From Chrysomallon squamiferum (Eukaryota; Animalia; Mollusca): DNA of 64,000 bases. Each line of letters opens with the position of its first letter. Within the stretch, counting starts at the first letter, position 1. The notes under the pieces are model-generated. The model was not told the origin of the DNA, ran no database searches, and was given only the letters and a program-made list of their open reading frames with translations. Position numbers and translations under genes: made by a program. Below are positions 43,251 through 59,765 of this stretch, piece after piece. The stretch is from the NCBI GenBank assembly GCA_012295275.1, contig CM022678.1:14942001-15006000 (forward strand), in the 5' to 3' direction.

Positions 43251-43450
43251 TTCGAATAAAGACTATACGTAACTTTCGGAGGAAATCTTGTTTGTGTCAT
43301 TGTAATAAGTTCGCCGCATTTGATTAACGTATCCGTGTAGGTCACATTTAACTTCATCGTGAATGGGTCAAAACACAGATTTAAACATTCCAGTGGAAAT
43401 GTGACCACTGACCCGAAACAAATAATGCTTATCAGCACAGTCCTGAACAT
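40127..43450 (-). CDS. Secreted PEBP family gene B, 186 aa. Exons 43250-43450, 42797-42898, 41048-41087, 40127-40344
   Basis: In-frame GT-AG exons (561 nt): MFRTVLISIICFGSVVT signal peptide, YIIFLLDPDAPLPC, YQGPTVPAGIHRY. Intron phases match A1/A2. Confidence 0.9.
41501..41660. mobile_element. Left end of a Tigger/pogo-like element in PEBP-B intron 2
   Basis: TA|CAGTAAACCTCGCCTAAGTCGTC followed by subterminal taagtcg repeats. Confidence 0.75.
42100..42646. mobile_element. GC-richer insertion with imperfect inverted termini (probable MITE)
   Basis: CAGTGGTCTCGCCAGCAT...ATGTAGCGAGATCTCTG, flanked by TATAT on both sides. Absent from the paralogous intron near 36040. Confidence 0.65.
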
Positions 43451-44051
43451 TTCACATTTCCTTTTAACTTTCTTATTTAAGAAAACACATACAAATTTAT
43501 ATTTATGTAATTATTTAAAAGTCAGATCATAAAAAAAAATTGTGACGTGAAAAATTAAAACAACTTATGTAATAACATCATAATGTACGACATTTTAATA
43601 GATATTTTAAAAGTTATTACGTCACTGAATATTAAGTTTTTACGTCATTTGCGATTTTCATATTTCATTTTCGGTCGCACTTTTAGAAAGTAGAAAAACT
43701 AAATTCTGTTTAATATTGTTTTTCGTAAACAGAACAAAATAATTTTCTATATTTCATAATACTCTTATACTATAAAATGATAGAAAACTGTAACCAAATC
43801 AAACTTGTTTAAGACGCCTTCTCCTGTTTGGTAAAAAAAAAAAAAATTTAAAAAATAATAATAATAAATCAATAAATCAATAATTAAACAAAGATAATAA
43901 TTAATAATAATAATAAAAAAAATAAAATAAAAAAAAATAAAAATAAAAATAATAAAATAAATAAACTGAAATGAAGGAATTACATTAGTTTATTTTAATA
44001 TGTCTGCTGGAATATTAAGCGTCTTTGAAGACTAAAAATTAAATAAAATAT

Positions 44052-44088
<37 letters not shown>

Positions 44089-44253
44089 TGATGATGATGG
44101 TAATGATGATGATAATAAACAATAATATATATAAAAATATGTAAATAAATAAATCTAAAAATAAATATTAATAAAAACAGAACTAAATTAAATAAACAAA
44201 ACACTATACAACAGAATGTTATATAAAAATGTTTTATTGATTTTGTTATTTAT

Positions 44254-47200
<2,947 letters not shown>

Positions 47201-50021
47201 TTCCAAAGATTTCACTGATCAACTGAACAAACAAAATGGAGCCAGATTTTAAAAACTAATAATAATGATAAAATAAAACTAATAATAATAATATTTTTAA
47301 AAAAAAAGAGAAAAAAAGGCAGCATGAAAAAGAAAAGAAAAAGTAAAACAAAAGTAAAAGTTTTGTTTCTTTTATTAGTAATAATATCTGTGTAACTGTA
47401 ATGGCAGAAGCATTACCACTATAATTATTATTACTGTTACTACTATTATTACTTACTGTTAGTGCTACTGCTACCACAACTATTATTTCTACTACTATTA
47501 TTAGAACAATTACTACTATTACTGCTACCACTACTATTACTATCTCTTTACTACTGTTGTTACTGTTAATATTATTACTAATTTTGTCAATATTACAAAA
47601 AATACCAATAAAATTAGTTATTAATTTTCTTTTAAATTATTTACATATACTAACAGATATTTTACTGTTGTTTATCATTATTTATTAAACTTTCATTAAT
47701 ATATAAAGAAGATAAAAAAAAAGACTTAAAAATATAAAACATTTATAATAAAAAATGTCTTAACTTTCTCAATTAAAAACGAAGCAAAACCAATTAAATA
47801 ATTAACCAAAATAAAAAAATGCATAAATTAAGAAAACAGCGAAAACAAAATGAAAAAAACGCAGAAGGTAATATAAACAAACAAACAAATAAATAAATAA
47901 AACCATACAGCAAAACGTATATGATATAAGAAAGTAATACCAAAATAAGCGTCAGATATATTTTTTTAAATAGAGCTGAATTATTTCCATGTGATTTATA
48001 ACCAGATTAATATAACAGAGGTATTTCCCATTAAACTGCACGTGTGCCCGTTGCTGGGTAATTAGGGGACCCAAATCGCGAGGTCTCGCGAGATCTCGCC
48101 AAAATAGACCTACTTGCAAATTGGGGGGCAATAGCAATCACTTTGTAATGAGTGGCCATGACCATTGTCCTTTTATTAACTGTTCCAATAGCAGACATCT
48201 GGGAAATTTGTCATCCTTCCATCGATATCCAGCCAGTGCGTGTCGGAATCGTTTGTAGGTAATCACTTCACACAGAAATGAAAAATATTTTAACGTTACT
48301 GCAAACACGAGGGTTTGTTCGGCACATTTTGTAAGCCAATGAACAACAAGTAACGTGGACTGTACACTCACTAAATATAATAGAGCGTTTTCTACATGAC
48401 TGAACTCGAGATAACCTGTTTCTCCTGAATACCTTTTCTCCTGTGAAACTTAAGCTTCCTACATGTTCAACATCAACATGTTCGCATATCGTATAATTAA
48501 TCTAACTTAAAACGCTAGTTAAATGAAAAGGAAAAGAATGTTAAACGCTGAACTTTTGTTATTAATGTTGTTGTTGATGTTGTAATTGTTGTCAACATTA
48601 TTTATCTTTTTTTTTTTTTTTTTTTTTTTCGCTTGATGTACTGGCGATTTACATAATTTAATTTATTCTGATCGATTCTTCAGTTTGCATCATTCAAAAC
48701 ATATTTCTGCATCTTCACATTTCAGTGTCATTCAATGACATTCTTCAGTTTTAAATTCGTAATGACCGTCGTAACATCCATGACCTAGATTAGAGACTGT
48801 AACAAAATCTATTTATATAATGAACTGCGAAAGAAAAAGGAGATCAATACTTTAATTTAAAATATGTACATATTATTTCATATTTAAAGTATTACGAATA
48901 TGAATTGCGACTTATAATGTTTAAAAACTGATATACTCTACCAACAGATCTAATCAGTCCCAGATAAAAAGTACTTACCTGGTTTCACGTGAGAGAAATG
49001 ACAGCGCTGACAACCGGTGTTTCATTATAAAAACAACCTGTATAAATGTATCCGCTGACATTTATGCAGTCAATTTTCGTAGAAGGTAAATGATCTTGGT
49101 GTCTTCAGCTTCAATAAGTCACATATTGCGCGTGCTTGTGTGTGTGTGTATGTATAAAGAAAGGAATGTTACTTTAATGAGATAAAGTATTTTGAAAAAA
49201 AAAAAAAAATTTATTTAGTCAGGTGTAACATTTTTTTTCGCACTGGCTATTATTATTATTATATTTTTTATTTAATAATAATAAAAAAATAAAAATTTAA
49301 AAATCACGAACTGAAATCAGATCCCTTTTCGTGTATCTATTTTGTATGAATGCTTGGATTAAACAAAATCGGTTTTACAATCATTCTAGCTCATAGCTAT
49401 AATAGTGTCTTTACAAGAAGTAAAATTTAATAAGAATATTTTTAAAAAAAAAGATAAAAAATAAAACCTAATTTTTGTTAGCTAAGGTTCAGTTGAAATT
49501 TTTACCGTCCTTTCGTTATAAACTGAAATAATGTTTTTATTCGTCGTTGGTTAAAGGACCCCCCCAAAAAAAAAAAAAAACAAACAACAGTAGATGAAAA
49601 TTGCAGAGTTCTAGACGATAAAAGCAGTTTATTTCCTAACGGCTTATTGTACACATTGTAACAAATCAAAAATTCAAAAATATTGGTTGGTCAACCAATT
49701 TAATAAAATATTAAGAAATAGTTTATTTGTTATTTAGCACTAGACTTCTCAGCAACTGGTACAACGAAAAATTACAAAACAAAACTCATTATCGAGACTA
49801 TTCCAACCGTCATTTAATATGAATAAATTCTTTTACTACAGAGTAGTCACTTGTCCAGTCTAACAAGTATTCCTAACAATTAGTGATTTTACTTATTATG
49901 AGCAGTGGGACATCATTAATAAAAATCATGAGTGATTCCCAAAAGATTTCAGTACCAAGAACCCGCCTTAGTTAAATAACCTTTCCCGTGAAACTCAGTT
50001 ACTCAGGCATTTCAAGTGTGT

Positions 50022-50185
50022 CTCCTTAACAAGCTGATTATATTAATAAACTCGTTTTCTCTGTTTCATTTCTCATCTAATATTTATATTGTAGACTGCA
50101 ACTTTTTGAATTTCTATACATATATATTAGATGAGAGATGAAACAGAGAAAACGAGTTTATTAATATAATCAGCTTGTTAAGGAG
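50022..50185. repeat. Near-perfect inverted repeat (~70-bp arms, short loop)
   Basis: ctccttaacaagctgattatattaataaactcgttttctctgtttcat is paired with atgaaacagagaaaacgagtttattaatataatcagcttgttaaggag. Confidence 0.93.
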
Positions 50186-50385
50186 TTATATACATACATA
50201 CATACATATATGGAATTTTTCAAATTTATCCTTATAAGCCTTACTGTAATTAAATATTTTGAATTTCTGAACGTCTTCATGGAGTCTTAGTTCCCCCACC
50301 AGGGGGGTCAATAACAGATTGCGAATTTCTAACATGAAGTATTGCAGCTCATTAATCAACTATATCATTCTTTTTAAAAATATTT

Positions 50386-50441
<56 letters not shown>

Positions 50442-50955
50442 TATCAGATAAGTGTTATTTCAATAAATTAAGTTTAACCTTAAAGGAACTATTGGTTATC
50501 AATTTTCTTGTTTTGCCATCCCTAGTTTTAAAATCAGTTATAGGAAGAACATCAACACACATAAAAAAAAAGTAATAATTTTTTTTTAAAAATTTAAAAA
50601 AAATTTGGAATTGTCAGAAAGAATATATAACTACAATAACTCATGTTTGTTCTATTATTTAATTTATTTCAAAAAAAAAACTGTTTTTATTTTTGTTTGT
50701 TTGTTCTCCTCATTATTGTAGTTACACAATAATCAGCTCATGATCTTGATTCAGAAATATTGTCTGTGGTTGCAACTCTTCCAAAATACTTTTTTTGCTT
50801 TTTAAATATTTTCACATGCATTTCTAAAATCCATGAAATATAAAAAAAAGCTCTTTGAATGTTACTTCACTTTAAAGATTTTTGGTATATATACTGTTCA
50901 GTTTTCATCTTCTACACATTATTAAAAATAATTTGAAACCAGCAGTGTGAACTCA

Positions 50956-53900
50956 TCAGCTTTTTCCTTTTCCCTTTCCTTTTGGTTTTGACTGACCCTT
51001 CACTTCTTTGCTTTCTTCTGTGACCTTTCCTTTCTTTACGGGTTTCTTCTTTGTCTAAAATAATACGAATTAAGTGTTCATGAAAGTGTTTGGTATCAGA
51101 GTGATTTCAGAAATAAGAAATTTAGAGACAGTGGGTGGAAAAAAAAATAAAAACAGCTTGAAGAGTCTAAAGTTATTTAAATGATTTTATAAGATGTAAC
51201 TTAAATGTGAGAAGAACAAAAGTTGTAAGTCAGAAGGAGAAAATAAGGAAGTGTTTAACTTGGTGTAATGCAGAGAACACTGTTTTTCAGATAACTCGTG
51301 TTTTCATTTACTGCAGAATATAATTTAATTTGCAGGATATCTGAAAATAAGAAAACAAATTTAAATCTGGACTACTGTAAAGTATCTAGAAGTTTATGTT
51401 ATTTTGATTACTGTCCAGACTGTGAAGAATCTAGTTATATTCTGTTTTTTATTTTATTTATGTGTACTTCAAATCCTCAGTACCAGTTATTACAAAACAA
51501 ACAAACAAAAACCCAAACACATTCAACAGGTTAAACTATACTGTTTTTAAATATTTCAATTCTTTTACTTTCCTTTCATTGGAATGACATAATAGTAAAA
51601 CAACATTTTTCAACTTTTGTTATTTTCTTGTTTTTATTAATTAATTAATTAATTAATTAATATATGTGTATAAAGATTTGTCATTTTTATACTAGTTTTG
51701 GAGATAAACCTTAATCATTGTATCCATTTCAATATCATCAGCATCCTCTTCACTATCAACAGCAAGTGTTGGGTCAACATCTTCATCGTCAACAACTGCC
51801 TTGCCCTGTTTCTTTTTAGACATCACACCACTGGAGTATGGCATCATGTGTACCTCTCTGTTGTACAGTCTTGTAAATGCTGACTTTGTCTGCAAGCAAC
51901 AGTTTAACATTAAATATGTAATAATACAGCTATATTTGAAAACAGTCTTCAGTTTGACACTATTGAACTACACTTTTTTTTCAAATAAATACATATTTTC
52001 AACAGTAAATTAGACAGTAAGACAGAGTGGGAGAAAAAGAAGAAGAAAAGGACTGTTGTATAGCAGTTACTGTAAATTAGAGTATATGATGATGATAGTA
52101 TATATGATATGAGAGAGGGAGAGGTGGAGAAAAAAGAACAACTCAGAAGTGATACACCAGTTATAGAAACTTTACATTAGAAATAGATTCTTTTAAAATC
52201 TTCTTTTAAAATAATAACTATAATACATTCCATGTACAAATTGTAATGAAAACTGTCCAGGATGAAAGTTAATAAATGTAATTTAAAATTTTCACCTTGG
52301 AATCTAGTTTACTTAACGGATCTTTGCTGTTGGGATATTTTGACACCTCCATGATGTTGTCAAAGTCATCTTTGAGGATGTCATAGTTGTCCATCATGGT
52401 GATAACATCCTTCACGCCGTCTCCAGCTTTGTCCACAAGTGGTTGTGTCAGTGCGTAGCGCATGGCTGGCAGGTATTCCAGGTTTAAACTTTTCTTGTTT
52501 CCCGATATTCTGCAAATTAAATTATATACTTTAACAAGTTTGAAAACGATTTATCTGAAATACTCTTTTGGGTGTTATACATGATCAACACTTTTAATTT
52601 TTTATTTTCTTGTTGTGATGAATAATATCATATAATATTTACAACTTTAATATTCTATTTCAGTTAATCATTAATCAATAACTGTAATTAATTCTTTTAC
52701 TTTTTGAGATAATCAAGTAACATTCATTGTTTATCATAACAGTAAATTAAGCTAAATTTGAGACATACAGTCAGCCCACCTTACACAAATTTTACCAATT
52801 GCACTTTAAAAATATTTTTAAAAAGTTATTATATAAAAAAGTTCAAATAAATTCAATAAGCTGAAATTATTTCTTCTATGTTCATATTTCAATTATATAT
52901 TTTATTAAAATTAAATGAAACAACTGATATGTATTTCTACATAAAACAAATATAAATACATTAAATGAAACATACTTTTATATTAAATTTGAAATAGTTG
53001 ACATATTGTTTTTTAATAAGAAAAAAGAAAAAAAGAAAAAACAAAAACGACAAAACAAAACCACACAGACTATAAAGATAATTAAATAACACACTTTAAA
53101 CACATGTGACTTCTAAGTTCCTGCAGAATTCGGTCGTTCTTTCCTAATGTTGAGTTCTTGCCCAGCCAGCTTGGAAACTGAACCATCTGTGACAAACTAC
53201 CACAAACATACTCTCCAGGAATCACACTAGCAAACATAGCCTGGAAAACATTAAAACAGTTTTAAAAAAAGAAAAGAAAGAACACTCACAGAGTCAGGAT
53301 TCCATGTGGAGATTAATAAACCCCAAATTATGAATGTTATGACTTGTGTGAAAATCCTACAAAACCACAACCCCTCCTGCAGGTTCTTAGAATGACAGGG
53401 CTATGACACATGCAGGAATTTTTAATGTTTTTTTTTTTCTCAAAAATACTCTGGACTTTCAATAAATATTTCTAACTGCAGTTGCTCAAAAGAGTGGATA
53501 AGGTGTATCAAACGTGAATGTGTGTGTGTGTGCATGTGAAATGTAACAACTGATAGACAAGGTAGGAAGTTTACCTGTGTTGGTAACAGACTCCAGTGAC
53601 CGCTGGAGCGGACAAGTTTGTCAGTCAGGTCAGCGTCGCTGATACTGTCTGCTGTCCTTGCCAACAGTGACAGGTGTCTGCCGATTTTACCCCTGAAACA
53701 GTTCACAAAACTACTTCAAAACACAATTCTACTCTGTATGTTTGTTTTCTATAGTATAATTAACACATTATTGTTATACATTAATTTTCAGTTTTATCAA
53801 ACAGTTCTTCCCCTGAAACATTTCACAAAACTCAAGATTAAAATCAATTAAAAATATGTTGCATCCACTCTTCACTGGTAAGCAGTGAAATATTTAAAAT

Positions 53901-56900
53901 TATTAGATTTATTTATATGACTGCAATATATATATAAAAATAAAGTTTTAGAATTAAATATTTTCTGTATCTTTTATGTTTTTGAAAGATTATTTTACAT
54001 GAGTTCAGTCTGTACAGAAATATTTTTTGAAATCAAGCTTCACCTGAATTTATTCACATTGTTTAATTAAAAGAAGACTGAATGATTTATTTTATTCTTG
54101 TTAGTTTTATTGTGACTCACCGGGCAGCGAAAGGATGTACGTGAATGTAATTCTCTTGTACAAACAGTGGAGCGATGTTGTAGTCGTGAAAGAAAAGATC
54201 TGATTTGTCATTTAATGTCATCTTTGAATTATCCTCGAAAACTTTGCGACACACATCAAAGGGACCCTGCCAATGAAATAATCACTAGATGAACATAGTG
54301 TTTAGTGTTTCTGTAATATTTGATGCTACTAAGAAACAGTCTTAATATATTCTACAATTTTCAGGGGATTTTTCACAACCCAACAGTGAACTAATACAAT
54401 ACAGTTGGTAGCTTTAAAATATCTACCTCTTTTGTTCAACCAAAGTATCTCCTGTAGGTGGTGACTGATTTGATGTAAATATTTTTTCCAGTGATGTGAG
54501 AAAAAATATGGCTGATAGTGAATATAATGTCACATCTTCAATTCTTGAAGAGGTAATATGATAACCTCATATTAATAAATGGTATATATTTTATTGTAAT
54601 CCTTTGCTATGAGTGATGTGAGCTCATCCATAGCAATGAAAAAGTTTTTTATTTGTATACACTGAAATATATAATACTTATCAGTTAATGCAATGTTTGC
54701 ACATTCTAATAAAAAATAATACAAGTTAACAGTGTTTAAAGATAAACTAACCAGTTTTGTGTCTTTCTGAGCTTTAGCCGAGTCAGATTTTGCTTGTTCG
54801 TACGTCATCTCTTTTCCAGTGGCACTCCACACAGACATATTGTGAATTATCTATTTCAAATGTAATGTACACTCATTATATTCAACTTGACGTAACAAGA
54901 GACTGTTTTATATAACTGATTCTTTTTTTCAATCTCTGAATTATTAAATCATTCTTAAATGTAACTGATATCATTAAATGATTGAATTGTTTCACTAAAC
55001 CATAACCAAAAACTAATTTAAAATTATTTTTAATCTTTTAGAAATATAATTGCGTTTGTTTTTATTGGTTTTCCAGTATTTCTAAAAGTATGCGCTCTCC
55101 AGGTTATGGTTTTATACTCAGCCAAAATTAACCACAGCAATTAGGTCATTATTAGACTTAATGTGCAAGTGGTCACATATACCAGAAGCATTGTATATAA
55201 TGCTGACAACTGATTATTCTAGATTTTGTGTTAATTTAAACATTCCAAGGGATTAAAGTTAATGTTTGTGAAATCAGTAACTACAAATTATTGAAATATT
55301 ATAAACAGTGTATGTTTATCTGGTAACAGACATGTGTTCACATACAAAACTAACATGTAGTTAAGAATCACCTGTCTGATGTCGTGATTGGCTGCCAGTA
55401 TTATTTCATTTAGTGCGGGAGGTGGAATCGTCAAACCTTCTTTGAATGCTAGTGACATCATCGCTCCCTGTAACATACACAATATTATAATCAACAAACT
55501 ATTACCTACTACAGATCAATCACAAACTCAAACATTAATAGTCAAGAGTTGAAAAGTTTTGACATTTTAATGGTATCTTTATCATAGATATCTAATTAAA
55601 TTGAAAATGGTTAATATGATTAATATTCAAATTAGCTGGAAATTTATTTAATACTTTCATATATTTTATATCATTTAGTTTTCCAGATTTGCAGTCAAAT
55701 ATGAAAACCACTCCTCCAAACCCTAAATGTAAAAATCCTTAATATTAATAAATAATCTTGTCCTGACTGAATTTTAATAATTAATCTAGCTATCTGACTG
55801 AACATCAATCCTTGTGTGTGTGTGTGTGTGTCTCTCTCTCTATAAAACATATTGAATGTTACTGACACAATATAACATGTGATTTTAAAATCACCTTAAT
55901 CTGTTCCATTCTAGGTTTACTGAATCTCAGATCGAAGCAGTGGTTGGAGAGAGTTCTCATTTTCATGCTGTTTCTGTCGTTGCAGATACAGATGATTGGT
56001 ATTTTAGAAGACTTGATGAGTGAAACCAGCTCCTGAAGTCCTCCACGGTCCTCATTTCCTGCCATTCCATCCACCTCATCCATGATTATACAGTGATGTC
56101 GTCCATCACTCCTAGATTCTAGACTGCCTGATCAGCAAGAAAAACAAAACAACTTTAAGATTTCTCACAAAAACCTAAGTTCTGAACAGTAACAAAAATA
56201 ACATTCTAAATTCTTAGCATGTTGAACTACAATAAAAACAAAAAATATCAAGATTTCTGACAATCAAAACAATAAAAATAACACAACTTCAAGATTTCTG
56301 ACAATCAAAACACAAAAATAACAAAACTTCAAGATTTCTGACAATCAAAACAATAAAAATAACATTAATTTCTACAACCTGATTAGTAATAACATTAATG
56401 ATTGATTTTTGACAACTTGAACATCAATAAAGTTAATATAACATTGAGATCCTTCACAACCTTAATGTTAATAAAAATAAGATCATTTCTAGTTCTTACT
56501 ACTTGAAAGGTTAAAAACATCTTAACATTTAAAAATCAAAATCCTCTAATTCATTTTAACTGTCTCCACTCTAAGTCACATCATGTAAAAAAGAAGTTGT
56601 TTACCCATGTGGTCAACCATTGTTGTGTTGTTTAATGATTCTGCTACAACTTCTTTCAGGTTTCGTTTGGATCTTGTATCTGAGGCATTCATTTCCACAT
56701 AGGAGAAACCTGCCTCCTGTAATTACAGAAATGTAATATTTTCTAATTATCATAAAACAATACAGTATTAAAAACAAAACAACAAATGTTATAAACTGGG
56801 TTCTCTTCGTAAATTTTAACATTGTTTGAACTGAAATATATATTTTTGGCTGTTATTGTCATAAATATATTCTAAAAAATACATTTCACATAAAAGTGAT

Positions 56901-57463
56901 AAATAACATCCAGTTCTGTCAAGCAGTTTCTATTGAAACAGTTCATACTAAAGAAGACTACAGCTAACTTACATGATTTCAGTCTGTACAGAAATAATTT
57001 TTAAAATTTAAAATATGCTGAATAATGATTTTTCTATATGTGTTTAGAATGTGTAATCCTTGTTTCCACTGGACTATATCACTTGGAAAAAACTGAACTA
57101 TATACTGTTTTTATATATATATATATACCTATCTGATATATACCAACAATCTTTAAAAAATAAAACCCTGTATTATCTCAGTTAAACACACACAGTAGGA
57201 AAAATCCAGGTAATTGTTGGTCAGAATACATTTAATAACAGCATGAACTGATAATAAATAATTATTTCATAGAAGAAGTTCCTTATGATTATGTTAACAC
57301 TGAATGGTTTTAAACAAAGGTTCATGCTAAAACAGTTTAAAAACAAAAGAAAACTTTCTACCTGACAGACTAAAGTTGTTATGGTGTCTTTCCCATACAA
57401 GCAGGACCAGGTAATAAATAATTATTTCATAGCACTAGTTGCTTGTAATATACTGTAACAGAG

Positions 57464-57501
<38 letters not shown>

Positions 57502-59726
57502 GCTTTACTAAACAGGTTAAAATATGTATAATAATGAATTAAAAATCTACCTGAGAAACTAAAGTGTATCCTGTCTTCCCAATACAATGAGAATAATAAA
57601 TAATTATTTCATTGAAGTAGTTGCTGATAACATGCTAAGTAGGTAAACAACAAATAAAGGTTTTGTACCTGACAGACTAAAGTTGCTGTTGTTGTCTTTC
57701 CAATTCCAGGAGGACCTGAGAGCAGGGCAGCCTTGTACCCCCCTCCGTCGTCTTTCCCTGACCCTCCAAAAAAACGCCCTGTTGACACAAATAACTTGAA
57801 TGTATTCTCAGATAAAAATGAAACTGTCAGTGTTTAATGGCTTCAGTTATTTTCACTGCATTAGGAATCTTGTGATTTCTTAAAAACAAATTACTGGAGA
57901 TTTTATTCTGTTTAAGTATGTATCTTTAGAACACAAAAAACATATCAGATATGTTATTTTCATTATGATTACTCCATTCACATTATTTTAATTATGGGCC
58001 TTATCATTCCATATAATTATGACATTTTATGTTCCATGAAAAGTTACCTGCAGGCTTTGTTCCAGCTGCTCTATTCTTATGCCAGCATTTCAACCAATGA
58101 AGAAGCTTTTTAGCATTGCTCTTGTCTCCTTGTTGACCAATGATTTTTCCTGTGCTAAGTGGTTTGTACTTATCTACCCATAGTAAGAACTCTTCAGCTG
58201 ACTGAGTTGAAGATTTTGGTGGTGATGCTGATTTAGTAACATTGCATTCTGAATTTTGTGATTGTTCTTCAGTTTTCACTGAAGGTTTTATTTTGTTTGA
58301 GTTTAAGTCTGTTTCTTTTTCACGTGAAAAACTGTCTGAAAGTTTCTTTTTTAATGCAGCCTTTTCACTGAGTTTCTCAACTGACTTTTCCTGAAATGTT
58401 TATAAAGAAATTTAAACTAAGCTAATTTCTTTTCTCTGAATCCATCAATATAAAATATTCAGTCAGTGATTTCAGATGAAATGCTTAAACACAGCTTCTT
58501 ATTAAACCTGCAACATGTAAGATTAACTATCTATTTACAAAGGCTCTTATTTATTTCTGCCAAGATTCTTTTTCAGAAACATTTTAAGAGCAGCAAAATT
58601 AGAGATATCTTATAATTTTCTGATTTATTTTATATACAAACATTTTTATATTTTTATTTTACCACAACTTCAGTCACTTCAAACATTTATCATTTTTGTA
58701 ATGTTTAGTTAATTTTATCTTACACATACACACACATATATTTTAAACGTACCTTTTTAACCTCTTGTTCTGCTTTTATGATGTATTTAGATTTCTTACC
58801 AGGTAAAGTTTTTACAAGGTTTAGTAAACCATCTTCATCAAGTTGTTTTGTTTTAAACTGAGAAGCCTGGAAAACAAAACATCGATAATTTAATTAAAAA
58901 TAAATTTATTATGTTAATTCAAAATTACAAATACTTAATTTTATGAAATCTTTTTAATGACAAATTCAATTCAATAAACACCAATTCAAATTGATGAAAT
59001 TATCAGAAATAATTATCATCTTAATCCTTTTAAATCTTATCCTTTGAATTACAGATTTTATTCCATTAAAATAAACTTTAAATAACATTTATAAGGAAAA
59101 GGTAAGAGCAATGTATAATACATTTATATATGTGATGTATCTGTGTAAAACCTTTGCTAATTTGCTTTGTCCAGCGTCTCTGCCAACAACCAGGTAAGAA
59201 GTTTTCCTGCTCAGTGAGGTAGTCACTTTGCCACCATGTTTCTCTATAAAACTCTTTACATCATCTCGTTCCATTGACTCGAGGACTCCAGTAACAACAA
59301 AAGTCAAATCTTCAAGACAGTTTTCAGCTCCCTGGCTCAGCAAAACAGAAATGAATGAAATACAGTTAATTACTGAAAGATTAAACACTCAGCTTGTTTC
59401 CAAATAATTTTTTTTACTGATATAGTAAATAATTTCACAAGATGCCTACATTTCAATATATGTGTTGTTAAATTAAGCCAATGTAATCATTTTATAATTT
59501 GTAATTTAATAATCAAAAATACTACATTTTTATTTTTTACTGAGAAATGATGCTGAAAATAGTTTTTGATTAGTTTTGTGAGTGTAAGTCTGTTATAACA
59601 CACCTGAGGAATTTCTTTAGACCCAAGAGCTCGTGGTCCTTCTCTATTTAGGTAATTAAGAAACACAGCCTTTTTATCAACAGTCGGAGTTGTCTGTAAT
59701 AAGGATATATCTATATGTACATATAT

Positions 59727-59765
<39 letters not shown>

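Noticed and set aside
47201-47215. ORF-track start MKSLE for the sulfotransferase
   Set aside because: It uses a GTG start. The first in-frame ATG is at 47200.
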